From NCBI RefSeq assembly GCF_009914755.1, contig NC_060925.1: 64,000 nt of DNA; one strand, written 5' to 3'. The notes below the pieces were generated by a model. The model was not told where the DNA came from, did not search any database, and saw only the letters and a list, made by a program, of their open reading frames with translations. The stretch is from the human T2T-CHM13v2.0 reference genome, Homo sapiens. Positions 14,221 through 25,955 of this stretch are shown in pieces. Positions within the stretch are counted from its first letter, which is position 1. Every line of letters begins with the position of its first letter. A program made the translations under genes and the position numbers.

Positions 14221-15699
14221 TAATTAGGAGAGATAGCCACTGTCTAGACTACTGTGCAGTTCTTAAGCATTATGTTAACAGAGTTTGAATTAATAATATG
14301 AAAAATAAATTAATGATCAGTGAAAAGGCATGATCCTAAATTGTATGTACAGCAGTAATCCAATAGAATAAAAAACTGTAGAAAAATATCAAAAGAAGAT
14401 GTGCTTAATGTCAATAGTTATGCCTCAGTGATAAGACTATGCACATGTGTATAGGGGGTTGTAATCTTTCAATATCCTGGCTTTATATATTTTTTGCCTG
14501 CTTGTGACTATCCTTGCCCAAATAGTATCATGGATATCCTGAATGACATGGCAAAAATCACATCATAATTGTCCTCCATCTCTGTTGTCCCCTGACATAA
14601 ATTCAGTGCTGAGCAAATGAGCCTTTTGGATTGAACAGGCAGCATTGTCTCCATTATTGCACAAGTTATTTCTATTGCAGATGCCCAAGCTAGTGCCTAG
14701 AACAGGATACTGTTCAATAAATATGAGTTTCCTTTCTCTTAACCCACTTGCTTTTCTGCTTTATTCTAAAATTTCCAAACTGTTTGGGAATAAAATAAGT
14801 GACTCTGAAAGCCCATGCCATCACTAGTTTCTATGTAACAGCTAACTGCATACTGCCTTTGGATCAACTGGCAACAGGCTCTCAGTGACAGAAACACTGG
14901 TCTACAGAGTTGCCCTGGAAAATGGGACTGTGTTTTACCTAGCAGGGAGCATTTTTCAGGTTATAAGGTAGGGAAAATAGTTTGGCCCTTTCCTCAGGTG
15001 AAGTGGTTTTATCCTGGTGGCCTATTTGAGTTAGATTTAACTCTTTTTCCATTTACTTATTCAGTATTCATTGGGTGGGCAGCTACCATGTGCCAGGCAT
15101 TGAGGATGCAAAGGTAAATTGTCCTTTAGAACAGAACCCATTTTAGGTAAATCACCCACATGAAGCAGAGAAGTCAACTGTGTGATTCACTAAATGACAA
15201 GCAATGGCTGCACTTGTCTAGCATATATTTGACATTAATAGTATAATAGGACTAGTGGACGTAGCCCAGGTGGCTTTAGAATTGGAAAATTCAAATCCCA
15301 CCTCTGTTCCTTCTTAGGTATCTGACGTTGTGTCTGTTTCCTCATAAACTGCAATGCCAAGCTGGTGTCAGGATGAGAGCTCATCTATGGGTATTACTTA
15401 GCAAGCCCAATGCCTGACCAACAAGCAGTGGTTAGTGTCAGTCTTTTTATTGTGGTTTCAGTATCTTTAAGAAACCCTGCTACACATGAGGAAGAAGCAT
15501 GCACCTCATCAAAGCTGCCTTCAAGGAAGCAAAATTCTCTATCATAACTAAGTCGGATGATTCCTCATTTTTCTCCTTCCATTCATTGCCTTCTGCTACT
15601 GGTTACTGATTTTAGTTTCTGTTTTATGGCTTCAATTCTGGCCCCTCATCCTTTCATAGAGGATGGGGAAATACGTAAGATGATAATTAACCTTTCTTT

Positions 15700-15925
15700 C
15701 TTCTGAGCTTTGTAAGCCTGGCACTGAGTTCAACACTTTCACCAATATTTTCTCATTTAATCTTCATGCTGGGCTTGAGGTAGGTATTGCGGTTCTACTT
15801 TGCCAAAGAGAAAACGAAGGCTCAGAGAGAATGTGAGACCTGAGGTCATAGAGCTGTTAAATTGTGGAGCTGGGTTGCAGCCAGATCTGTTTGAGTCCAA
15901 TTCCTGCTCTTACAGTGTACGGTGA
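15700..15925 (-). mobile_element. MIR SINE
   Basis: tctcatttaatcttca...gagaaaacgaaggctcagagag...aggtcatagagct. Confidence 0.75.
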
Positions 15926-17037
15926 AGCCTCGTGTCCATTCTCATTACTCAATTAGGTCATTGGTCATTCCTCTTTAGGAAGGCAAAACACAGACAGAGA
16001 TAAGTCTTCAAAATGCTCAATCTCTCTGAATCAGATTTATGACACCCAAGATGTACACATTCACTAAATCTGGAGGTCAAAGCAGCCTTGGCCTTCAACA
16101 TATTAAATAAAACAGAGATCTTGAGAACTTTCATGACTTGTTCAAGCCCACATATAAAGCTTGTGGTAGAATAAGAACCAGAAAGGGTCTCTTCCCAAAC
16201 ATAGGAACATCACCCTTATTTAAAGTCACACTGAAAGATTCAGGGGTGAAATCTGGCCAACATTTTCTGGGCATTGAGTGACGGGAATCCCAGGCGGCCA
16301 ATGAGCTCACTGGGCAGAGTAGAAGAGGACCATAGCCTGGGCACAGAACTGCCTGCAAAAGGACCCACATGAATGCTAAATAGCTCTCCTGCAGCCAGGA
16401 AGCAAAAGCAAACTGAGGTCCTCATGCAACTGAAAAGCAAGGCAGTAAGGACACATGCATGTGTCATAACAAATTAAGAGTCACTGAGTGAGGACCCCAG
16501 CGCCGCTATTCCTGCAGCAGGATCTGCCACTGGTCCCACGTCAGCAACTGGAGGCTGTCTCACACAGGGACTTGAAAATAGAATGTCTTGCAAATATTTT
16601 CTTTCTAAAATCTCCTTGCAGAAGCCTCCTTATTCTTTCATAATCACCACAAAGCAATCCTCAGTCAAGTACTAAAGTAAATTCAAAGCAATTAGAGTGT
16701 CTATCTACAGTGAGCCCGAAATGTGTTTGCAGTGGTTCTCCGGGAAATGGCTTGGCGTACATTTTCCCCAGAATAGTGCTATTTGTGTAAAGAAGATGCT
16801 GCTCATACCCAATGTATAAAAACATACACACGCGCACATGCACATGTGCACACATACATTTACTATGACAAATGGATGCAACATCTCAAGAGTAAAATAT
16901 TGTGTTGTGGGTTACAAGCCAAAGCAAGGCAGCCCCGCTCCAGTAAGCACTTATAAATTGTTGTAAAAAATATCAAGAAATAGGAGCTCGCCTTGGTAAT
17001 ATAACAGTTGCAGGATTTCAGGGCCCAGGACTAGCTT

Positions 17038-17047
17038 AAAAAAAAAA

Positions 17048-17111
<64 letters not shown>

Positions 17112-17118
17112 AAAAAAA
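17038..17118. repeat. A12-(GAAA)16-A5 tetranucleotide microsatellite
   Basis: Uninterrupted GAAA array at 17050-17113. Confidence 0.97.
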
Positions 17119-17758
17119 TTAAACAGCCAAACCCATTGCTTCAAATATCTGCTGGATCTCTAGGGTGGTCTTGTGTTTCTAATTAATATTTCCCCCTAAT
17201 TACAATCGTGATGGTAAGTGTGTTAAATGCAAAACTCACTCCTTTCTTCACCACAGAGCTATTGGGGGAGAGGAGGCAGGCACTCTAGGAGGAAGGCTGG
17301 CCAGCTTCATTGTGATGCAAAAGAATGCAACAATTAAGAATATAATTTTGGGAGATGTCAGCAGCCTAATTACTCATAGGGCTTCCAGCAAATTAAGCAG
17401 TAGGTGAATTAGCTCATTTAATGAGATCTAGAATTTGGAGGCAAGTTACTTTTACTTTGCATTTGAGAAACAAATGTCTCTACTACATGTTAATAATTTG
17501 GGCACCCCAACATGCAATTAGCTCAACAGATTCTGTGAAAGCATAAAGGTCAGTTGCTTAAAAGGATCTGTAAGTCAGTTAAATTGCATTTATCTGCTCC
17601 CTGAATACCCTCTCTCTCCTCTTCTGTTTCTTTGCTTCCCAAATGCAGTCGTCCAACTTGGAGAGCATAGAGTTCAATAAAGGGGCTTTGGAAACTACAG
17701 CTTTCAGAAAAGGGTTAAAGGAGGCACAGTGGAAATTGCATTGAAAACCTGCTTTAGT

Positions 17759-18057
17759 TGTTGTTGTTTTTTTTTTGAGATGGAGTCTCACTCTGTCACC
17801 CAGGCTATAGCACAGTGGCATGATCCTGGCTCACTGCAACCTCCGCCTCCCAGGTTCAGGTGATTCTCCTGCCTCACCTCTCAAGTAGCTGGGATTACAG
17901 GCGCACGCCACCAGGCCCAACTAATTTTTGTATTTTCAGTAGAGATGGGGTTTCACCAGTTTGACCAGGCTGATCTCAAACTCCTGACCTCAAGTAATCC
18001 ACCCGCCTTGGCCTCCCAAAGTGCTGGGGTCGCAGGTGTGAGCCACCACACCCGGCC
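17759..18057 (-). mobile_element. AluS SINE with 9-bp TSD
   Basis: Full dimer; TGCTTTAGT at 17750-17758 and 18058-18066. Confidence 0.96.
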
Positions 18058-18149
18058 TGCTTTAGTATCTTAATACCTCTCTAATCCTTTGTTTCTGTGT
18101 TTGTAATGTGGAAATAATGACACTCATATTACAATTTTTCTATGTACTA

Positions 18150-18420
18150 GTCAAATTTCTTTACAAGATGGTATTCCTTGAAGACAGGAAATGTGGTATT
18201 TATCTCTGTATCTTAGCACCTATCACTGTGCCTGGAACATGTTTGTGTCACCCCAAAATTCATGTGTCGAAATCCTAACCCCCAAGGTTATAGTATTAGG
18301 AGGAGGTCAGGCCTTCGAGAGGTGATTAGCATTAACACCAACTTCTGTGCCTAGAACATAATATACGCTTAATATGTATATTAAATAAAGATTAATTCAA
18401 AGGAATAGGTGAATAAATAA
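18150..18420 (+). mobile_element. L2 3' end interrupted by an MLT1A fragment
   Basis: ctctgtatcttagcacctatcactgtgcctggaacat ... tgaataaataa. Confidence 0.7.
18241..18330 (+). mobile_element. MLT1A-like LTR 5' fragment between 15-bp direct repeats
   Basis: gtttgtgtcaccccaaaattcatgtgtcgaaatcctaacccccaagg...ggtgattag; flanks ctgtgcctRgaacat at 18226-18240 and 18345-18359. Confidence 0.85.
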
Positions 18421-18739
18421 CTGGTGTAAGGAGTCAAGGAGAGAAAAATATAAAGTTTCCAACGTGGTCCCTGACTCACAGTAGACCCTCAAGAAAGAAA
18501 AAAAAAAATGGCTGTGAGTATTAGCCACACTGGAGTCTTGAGTTAGGTTTTGTGAAGAAGGAAGAGTCAAAGTGTCCCGGACAGAGTTGTCTTGTGACCT
18601 AATAGCGGAGAAAATAAGATGCGTGGTCAGTGTTCTTCATATGTCACACAAGCACAGAGACTCAAATGCTGCCCAAGACTCAGGGACTCTCAGTGTACTC
18701 AGAAAGGGTGTGAACAACCTAAGTGATCACACCATGCAC

Positions 18740-18930
18740 CAGAGACTCTGCAAGGAGCTTCCCATCTATCAGGATGTTTTATCCTAACAGCCCTATGAGA
18801 TAGGTATTGTTATCCTTTCTTTTTATAGATGAAGCAGCTGAAGCTCAGAGAGATTAACCAACATGTTCAAACTGACACAGTTGATCATACACATTTCTAG
18901 GCATTCAATACCCTTCACACTTGACACAGA
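18740..18930 (-). mobile_element. MIR SINE
   Basis: aacagccctatgagataggtattgttatcc...atagatgaagcagctgaagctcagagag. Confidence 0.75.
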
Positions 18931-19040
18931 GGCCAGTATAGGACACACCAAGCTATCTTGTAATTGTTGCTCAGCTCTGCCCTCAACCTGGGAGCTAAAA
19001 GGGGGAGGAGGAGAAGGAATCACCTAGCCTTGACTCTCAC

Positions 19041-19402
19041 TGCTATGGCCTGAATGTTTGCGTGCCTGCAAAATTCATATATTGAAATCCTAACCCCTGA
19101 GGTGATGGTATTGGAGGAGGTGGGGCCTTTGGGAAGTGATTAGGTCATGAGGGTAGAGTCTTCTTGATTGGGATTAATGCCCTTATAAAAAAGACCCGAG
19201 AGTGCTCCCTTACCTATTCTACTACTTGAAGATACAGCAAAAATGTGCCATCTATGAGCCAGAAATCAGGCCCTGACAAGACACTGAATCTGCCTTGATC
19301 TTGAATTTCCCAGCCTTTAGACATGTACAAAATACATTTCTATTATTTCTAAGCCACCCAGTCTATGGTATTTTATGATAGCAGCCACAATGGACTAAGA
19401 CA
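19041..19402 (+). mobile_element. MaLR solo LTR, MLT1A-like
   Basis: tgctatggcctgaatgtttg start, tggactaagaca end. Confidence 0.9.
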
Positions 19403-19674
19403 CCCATTCTGTCTTCTCTGCAGTCTCCCTTACAGAGGACCACGTGTTCTCCGCTGCTTTACCTTCTCATCTAACATTAAATGAGAAACCACAATTCAGG
19501 AAGTCCTTTGGTTTGTGAAACAGAACTGAAGGCTTCCTCTTTTTTGACCTTATCAGGAAAGTGTCTTCCAAAGTCATTTCTTGAGACTAACTCCAAAGCC
19601 ACGTCCTCTCCATGACTCTCCACAGAGAACGTTCTATCTCTCAAAGGCTTTAGTAACCATTATTATTCAAATTA

Positions 19675-19915
19675 TAATTAGCTACCATTTATTAACTGTT
19701 TATTACAGGCTGGACCCTGGGCCCTACATTCGTTGTCTTATTTCTCACTAAAATCCACATGAGATAGTTACTATTATTACCCTTAATTCATAGGTAAGTA
19801 TACGAGGTCAGAGACTTTAAATGAATTGTTCAAGGTCACTCAGCTTGTAAGGGGTAGTGCTGAAAATGTCACATCAGGTTTTCTGACCCCAGGGCCCATG
19901 CACTAACTGTTCTAT
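19675..19915 (-). mobile_element. MIR SINE
   Basis: gctaccatttatt ... ttgttcaaggtcactcagct. Confidence 0.7.
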
Positions 19916-20184
19916 ATTGCCTTTGTTGGATGGCTCTGATAGTTACAAAAATATTTTTAAAATAGAACTAAAACCTGTCCTGAAACTTCCAACCATCAGG
20001 TTTCTTTCTCTGAAACCATAGAGAACAAATCAGCCCCATTTATAGGACGCTCTTCAGATAATGGGAACTCCAGCTCCCTGCACAGCATCAGCCCTTCCAG
20101 CAGACAATTCTTCCCAGCCACATAGACACATCCGGGTTCTATTTTCTATAATGGTAACTTACAGTTTGTGAGTCTATTGTTATT

Positions 20185-20405
20185 TTTACCTTTTGTGTGA
20201 GGTATTTCACTGATATGATCTCACTCAACCCACCACGATGTTATGAAGGTAGTATTGGTTCCCTAGTTATAAAGAAGAGCAAGCTGGGGCATAGGAAGGT
20301 GAAGTTTATTGTCCAAGGTCAAAGGTTACCAAGTAGCACAGCTGAGATCCCCAAGATTCAAACTGAAGTGTGCCAAAAGTTAAGACATGTGCTCTTTCCA
20401 CTGTG
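20185..20405 (-). mobile_element. MIR SINE
   Basis: ttgtccaaggtcaaagg...gattcaaactgaag. Confidence 0.6.
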
Positions 20406-20558
20406 GTATGAAACCTTTTTGAATGAATGAATAAACCATACGTGGCAGAGTGTGATAAGCTACCTTAAGAGAGGTCCAAACGAATGCTAAAGGTGCTCAG
20501 CTCTGAAATGGAGATGACTTCTTTCCCACCAAGTCTTCAGTGAGGCTGCACTAATTAC

Positions 20559-21060
20559 CATTTATATAAGATGCCTGCCTGCCTCTGCTGGCGCTCAGAG
20601 AGAAGTTTTAATTTGCTGGTGAAGGAGTTGGGGGAGGGAATGGAGAGTGCTGTGAAGTGTCCCCTCCAAAGTGAGAGGGTTTTTTTGTTTTTTTTGTTTT
20701 TTTTTTCAGGAAAACACTGGTCGGTTACTAATGGAGAAGAAGAAAAAGCAGCAAAGACAACGAGTATACTTGGGATGCGATCGCATGCCTGGAGCATCTG
20801 GTGGGCAGGATTCACTCGTCCTTTCCTTTTTGAGATTGCAATTAAGTAGATAATATGAGAGAGAACTGACAATTGGGTTGTCCCTACTGAGCTTGGGGCC
20901 AGGTGTGTACTTAGGAACCCAATCCCACCCAGAAGAGACTCATCTATGTTAACACTAAGGATGCCCTGGAGGAGGTCTTAACCACATACATGCGGCCATT
21001 GGTTGATTTCAGCTTTGCAAGCAGCGTAGTGAGAAAACCAAAAGCTTGTCCTATCCAGAC
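20559..21060 (-). promoter_or_regulatory. Candidate internal promoter / alternative first exon
   Basis: Repeat-free island with retained CpGs; on the - strand AACCAATGG (20996-21004), ATTGCAAT palindrome (20835-20842), an A-rich leader and a donor-like end ATG|GTAATT (GT at 20558-20557). Confidence 0.4.
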
Positions 21061-21149
21061 TGAGCTTGCCAGGGAAGCAGAGGCCTGAGGTTACTTAACG
21101 AGAGGCAGGCTGCCAGAGTGGAGACACAGGGCATGTACAATCATACAAA

Positions 21150-21345
21150 CCTGCATACCAATTCTGCCCCCCCACTCACTCTGTGGCTGTGTCACCCTGG
21201 CAAGTGACTTAACCTCTCTGATCTTCTTTTCCTCACCTATAAAATGGGGAAAATGAAATGTATCTCAGATTGGGGATTCGAAGGTTTCAAATGACCATTT
21301 AGGTAAACTTCCTGGAACATAGTATGTGTTCAGGAACCTTGAGTT
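21150..21345 (+). mobile_element. MIR SINE
   Basis: gctgtgtcaccctggcaagtgacttaacctctctg...cctataaaatgggg. Confidence 0.75.
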
Positions 21346-21879
21346 CCCTCCCCTTGGGAGAAGACCCCTCACACTGAGCTGGGGAGCAGGATCCTGGTCA
21401 CTGAGACTTCTTTTCTGCACAAACTTCATCTTGGCCTCTAATGAGATGGAATCCCCCAGGGCCTGTTGCCTCCTGTTATTGCAATTTAAGCACAGCCAGT
21501 GCTGACTGGGCTGTTAGACTCCAAAGGTTCCCTGGTAGAAAATTTGAGGGGTGTGGGATGGCAAGGGATTGAGAGAGAGGGGTGGGGACTTCAGATAGCC
21601 AGTATTCCTTAGGCTTCCAATTCCTTAACAGCCAAATTACCCTAGAGCCTCTTTATGAAGCTAAAGAAATACAAATACTATTTTCAAATCAGCAGGCATT
21701 CCCAATGTTGGCTTTTGCTGAGGGTAGCTAAGAGGCAAAGCATACCTAGATCCTAGGCCAGACCTCAACAGCCTTAGTTCTGGCTCCTTCTGTTTCCATA
21801 TTTCTCAAGAACCTGGTTTTCTCTGCTGGAAGAAGCATTTTCAGAGGTCATCTGAAGTCTACAGCCCTCCCCTCTGCGA

Positions 21880-22085
21880 GGAGAGCACAGACTTGAAGTC
21901 AAGTGGGCCTGGGCTCCAAATCTTAGTTCTGCCACTTACTAGCTATGTGGCCTTGGACAAATTACTTAACTCCCCCATGCCTCAGTTTCTCTGGATACCA
22001 AATGGGGATAATGATGCTAATACCTCATAGAGTAGGCATGAGGGTTATATGAGTAAAGTGCTGAGAAAGGAGCCTGATAGGTAAT
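21880..22085 (+). mobile_element. MIR SINE
   Basis: tctgccacttactagctatgtggccttggacaaattacttaac...gcctcagtttc. Confidence 0.85.
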
Positions 22086-24194
22086 TACCTGATCCCCCTC
22101 CTCTCGCTAGAGCCCCCACACCCTGGTGATACTCACCACTATGCCTTCACTTTATAATCAACAGAAACACTTCAACACCCATCCCAGAAAACACATGAAA
22201 TACTCACATTACACAAAGATCAAATGAGTGGGGATGATTAAACCTATTTTCCTTTTGATTCAAACAAGTGGAGTGCTCTGTCCTTGGCCACACAGTTTAA
22301 AGAATGAAGCCAGGACTACATGCCAAACAGCATGACTCCTAGGGTAAAGTTCTTCCCACCCCATGAAGATGCCCTCACCCCTCAATTTCTCCTGACTGTT
22401 TCTTTAAATAGAAAGGTTTTGATGGAAACACTAGTGACGTATATGAATTTTGAAGCAGATATCCATTTTTAATATAGGAAGGAAGACATTAAGATGTCAA
22501 ACTTGGGGCTGCTAAATGAACATCTGTAGCCCAAACATGGGGCACCAGGGCTGGGAGGCTCAGAGAAGTAATTGCCACAAAAAAGATGCACCAGGACATT
22601 GATTTCTTCTGCCTGTTTGCTTGATTTCCACTTTGAGCTTACTCAATTGGCTATTCCTCTGTTTTGCCACCTCAAGAACATGACCCCAGCTCATTTGAAT
22701 GAAAATATGTTTGCTATTACCTCATTAATTTCTGAGACTTTGCATTATTTTTTACACCCACCTCCTTTCTTTTCTTCTCCCTCAAAATTCAGAGTATTGG
22801 TTGGAAAGAGGTAAATCATGCACCATTTCTCCATGATGTGTCAGGACCTGAATCTGTCATTTGCGAGCCTGACCTCATAACTCAGCCAAGCCAAGCTGCA
22901 AGGCACCCTGGGAACCCATCACTGAAAGACTGCAGAGGGAGGAAGGCAAGGGCAGGAATAGCCAGCTGGTCAAGCAGCAGAGTGTCTCCTCAGCTCCCAG
23001 GAAATGGTGTCTAAGGGTGATGATGAACTGGGACTTCATCTGAGTCCAAAATAATGATGCTGCTGATGCAACAGCAGAACTTATTAAACACTTACTACTG
23101 CATATGCCACTATGAGGTAGACTTACAGAGAATAAGTTACTCTCCCATAATCACACAGCCAGTAAATGACAGAAATGGGATCCAATCCAAATATGTTTCA
23201 TTCTAAAGCCCATGCTCTTCACCAACAAAGCCCAACTTGATTTAATTTATCCCCAAACATACCAACATCCATTTGTTAGTTCCCTTCCCAATTTAACTTT
23301 AAGCGTCTCACATACATACACTGTTTTTATCCTAACAACAAGTTGGTGAGGAACTGAGCTCAGAGAGGTTAATCCACCCACTGAAAGGCACCCAGTGTTT
23401 AAGAGCAGAGGGAGGGGCCTGACACAGGTCTTTCGGAGCATGACATGCATGTTCTGTCCACAAGGCCTGTTGCTGCCTTTCCCCCAGAGGTCCAGACTGA
23501 GGACAGGACAGAGTAGATAAAGACAGCAGTGTGAGAGGAGGCAGTGGGCAATATGGGGAATCTAGGGGCAGCAGTATGCTGGTCCCATATAATCAGGCCC
23601 GGGGGAGGGGCCCAGACAGAGGGTGGCAGACTCTCTGTACTCCAGCAAGACAATCCCAGAAGAAATGCCAGAGAGATCAATGAGAAGGCCAGTCATTTAC
23701 ACCGGGCACACACACAGTGTTTAGGGTACTCAGATAGGTACCCAGGCCTCACCCCAGGCTGTTTGGACACCAGGAGTCATAGCACTCTTCCAGGCCACAA
23801 CTGCTACTTGGGGTGGGAGGAGAGGATGAGACGTGGCATTTGTGGAATAATGACTGTGGCCAAGCAGTGGGCTCTGTATGATGCCATCGTCAATTCTCAC
23901 AGCAATTCTACAACATAGGTTTTGTTACTTCTCTCTCACGCTTTACCCTAAATTTCTCCTGCCTACCACAGTGCTTGGCACACACAAACAGAATAATAAT
24001 GTGTGGAACTGACTAATTCATTTTCCATTCTGCTGGTCAGGGAGAAATTAATAGAGGCAGAGGCTATTAATAAAACATTACATTACCTCCAATGAGTGTG
24101 GAATAATTCTCTAAAATACTGACAATCAGTAACTTTTCTGGTAACCTAAAATTTCAGTCAACTTCTTGTGGGTGACAATGCTATGTTGTTTTAT

Positions 24195-24890
<696 letters not shown>

Positions 24891-24944
24891 CTTGATGGCT
24901 GTCTCTTCCACAAAGTGGGAATTCCTTTTTTACCGACTATGAAA

Positions 24945-25250
24945 CTAATACAATAATGTTGGGTGAAAGAAGCCAGACACAAAAAAAATACACACGGCAT
25001 GATTCCACATACATACAGTATATAAAGTTCAAAGGTAGGTGAACCTAATCCATGCAGTTAGAAGACAGCATTGTAGCTACCTTGGTCAGGTGCTGACTGG
25101 CAGAGGGTAGGATAGGGCTTCAAGGGTGCCAGAAAACCTCTACTTCTTCATATGGGTGCTGGAAACATGGTTGTGTCCCTTGGAAAAATTCATCAAGTTC
25201 CATAGATAGGACTTGTGCACTTTTTCATATGTATGTGCTATACTTCAATT
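24945..25250 (+). mobile_element. Ancient L1M(E) 3' end
   Basis: ataatgttgggtgaaagaagccagacac...atgattcca...tatgtgctatacttcaat. Confidence 0.8.
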
Positions 25251-25759
25251 TACATCAATGAAGGAACACAAAGTTATTGAAAAATAGGCAGTGTAGATAA
25301 AGATGAGGTAGAAAATATAATTCCACTACCCAGGAGTAAGAAAGGGAAATTTTGCTCCCTGCACTTTCTCAGTCTGGCCCAAAGGAAGGTGATGAGAACT
25401 GGCATCTAGGTGTTTATGATGTGCCCCAGAATCACTTCTCTCATAAAGAGGACACTCAGCGTTTTCAGAGTGAGGACAGATTCTTTCTGATTGATTCTCT
25501 CACTCTGGGTCCTGTCCTAACTGATCATTGTATTAACCTTATAATAAGGCAGTTGTGCATTTTACATGGAATTTTAGGCTCTGCTTGAATCCTTGTGGTG
25601 GTGTTTTACCATGTATCTAGATGCTGTGTTTTCACTGCTTGATTGCCCTTACTATTATTATCTACAGCTGGTGCCATGTCACTACCATGAACCTCTCAGT
25701 GGCCAGGAAACCAAATTCCACTTCTAGACCCCGATGCAGTTACCTAGGAGGGAAAGGAC

Positions 25760-25955
25760 TACCATACATTGAACTTCTACCATATGCCAGGAGCTTACAT
25801 GGGTTATCTTCCTTCATCACCAACTCCGCACAGCTATGTAAATCTCAGTACACCTTTTTATGAGCAAGAAAAAACTGAGGTTGACAGAAGTGGAGTAACT
25901 TATCCAAGGTCACATAGCCAGAATTGGAAACTTAAAAGCCCAAGCTTTTCCTATT
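25760..25955 (-). mobile_element. MIR SINE
   Basis: aaactgagg...gtaacttatccaaggtcacatagc. Confidence 0.7.

Larger units (their letters stand above)
13570..14500 (+). mobile_element. Ancient L1M 3' remnant interrupted by microsatellites and a MIR
   Basis: tgttgctggcagaaatgtaa...tttctggaaagcagttcggcagtatgtattaaaag; later gactactgtgcagtt. Confidence 0.55.

Noticed and set aside
14079-14288. ORF with a protamine-like poly-Arg/Lys run
   Set aside because: It is a translation of a MIR tail plus a (GAG/GAA)n tract; there is no sign of gene structure.
20555-20872. 105-aa - strand ORF and overlapping + strand ORFs as protein-coding
   Set aside because: No recognisable protein similarity, and they cross a homopolymer-rich tract; the region is reported as a candidate non-coding exon/promoter instead.
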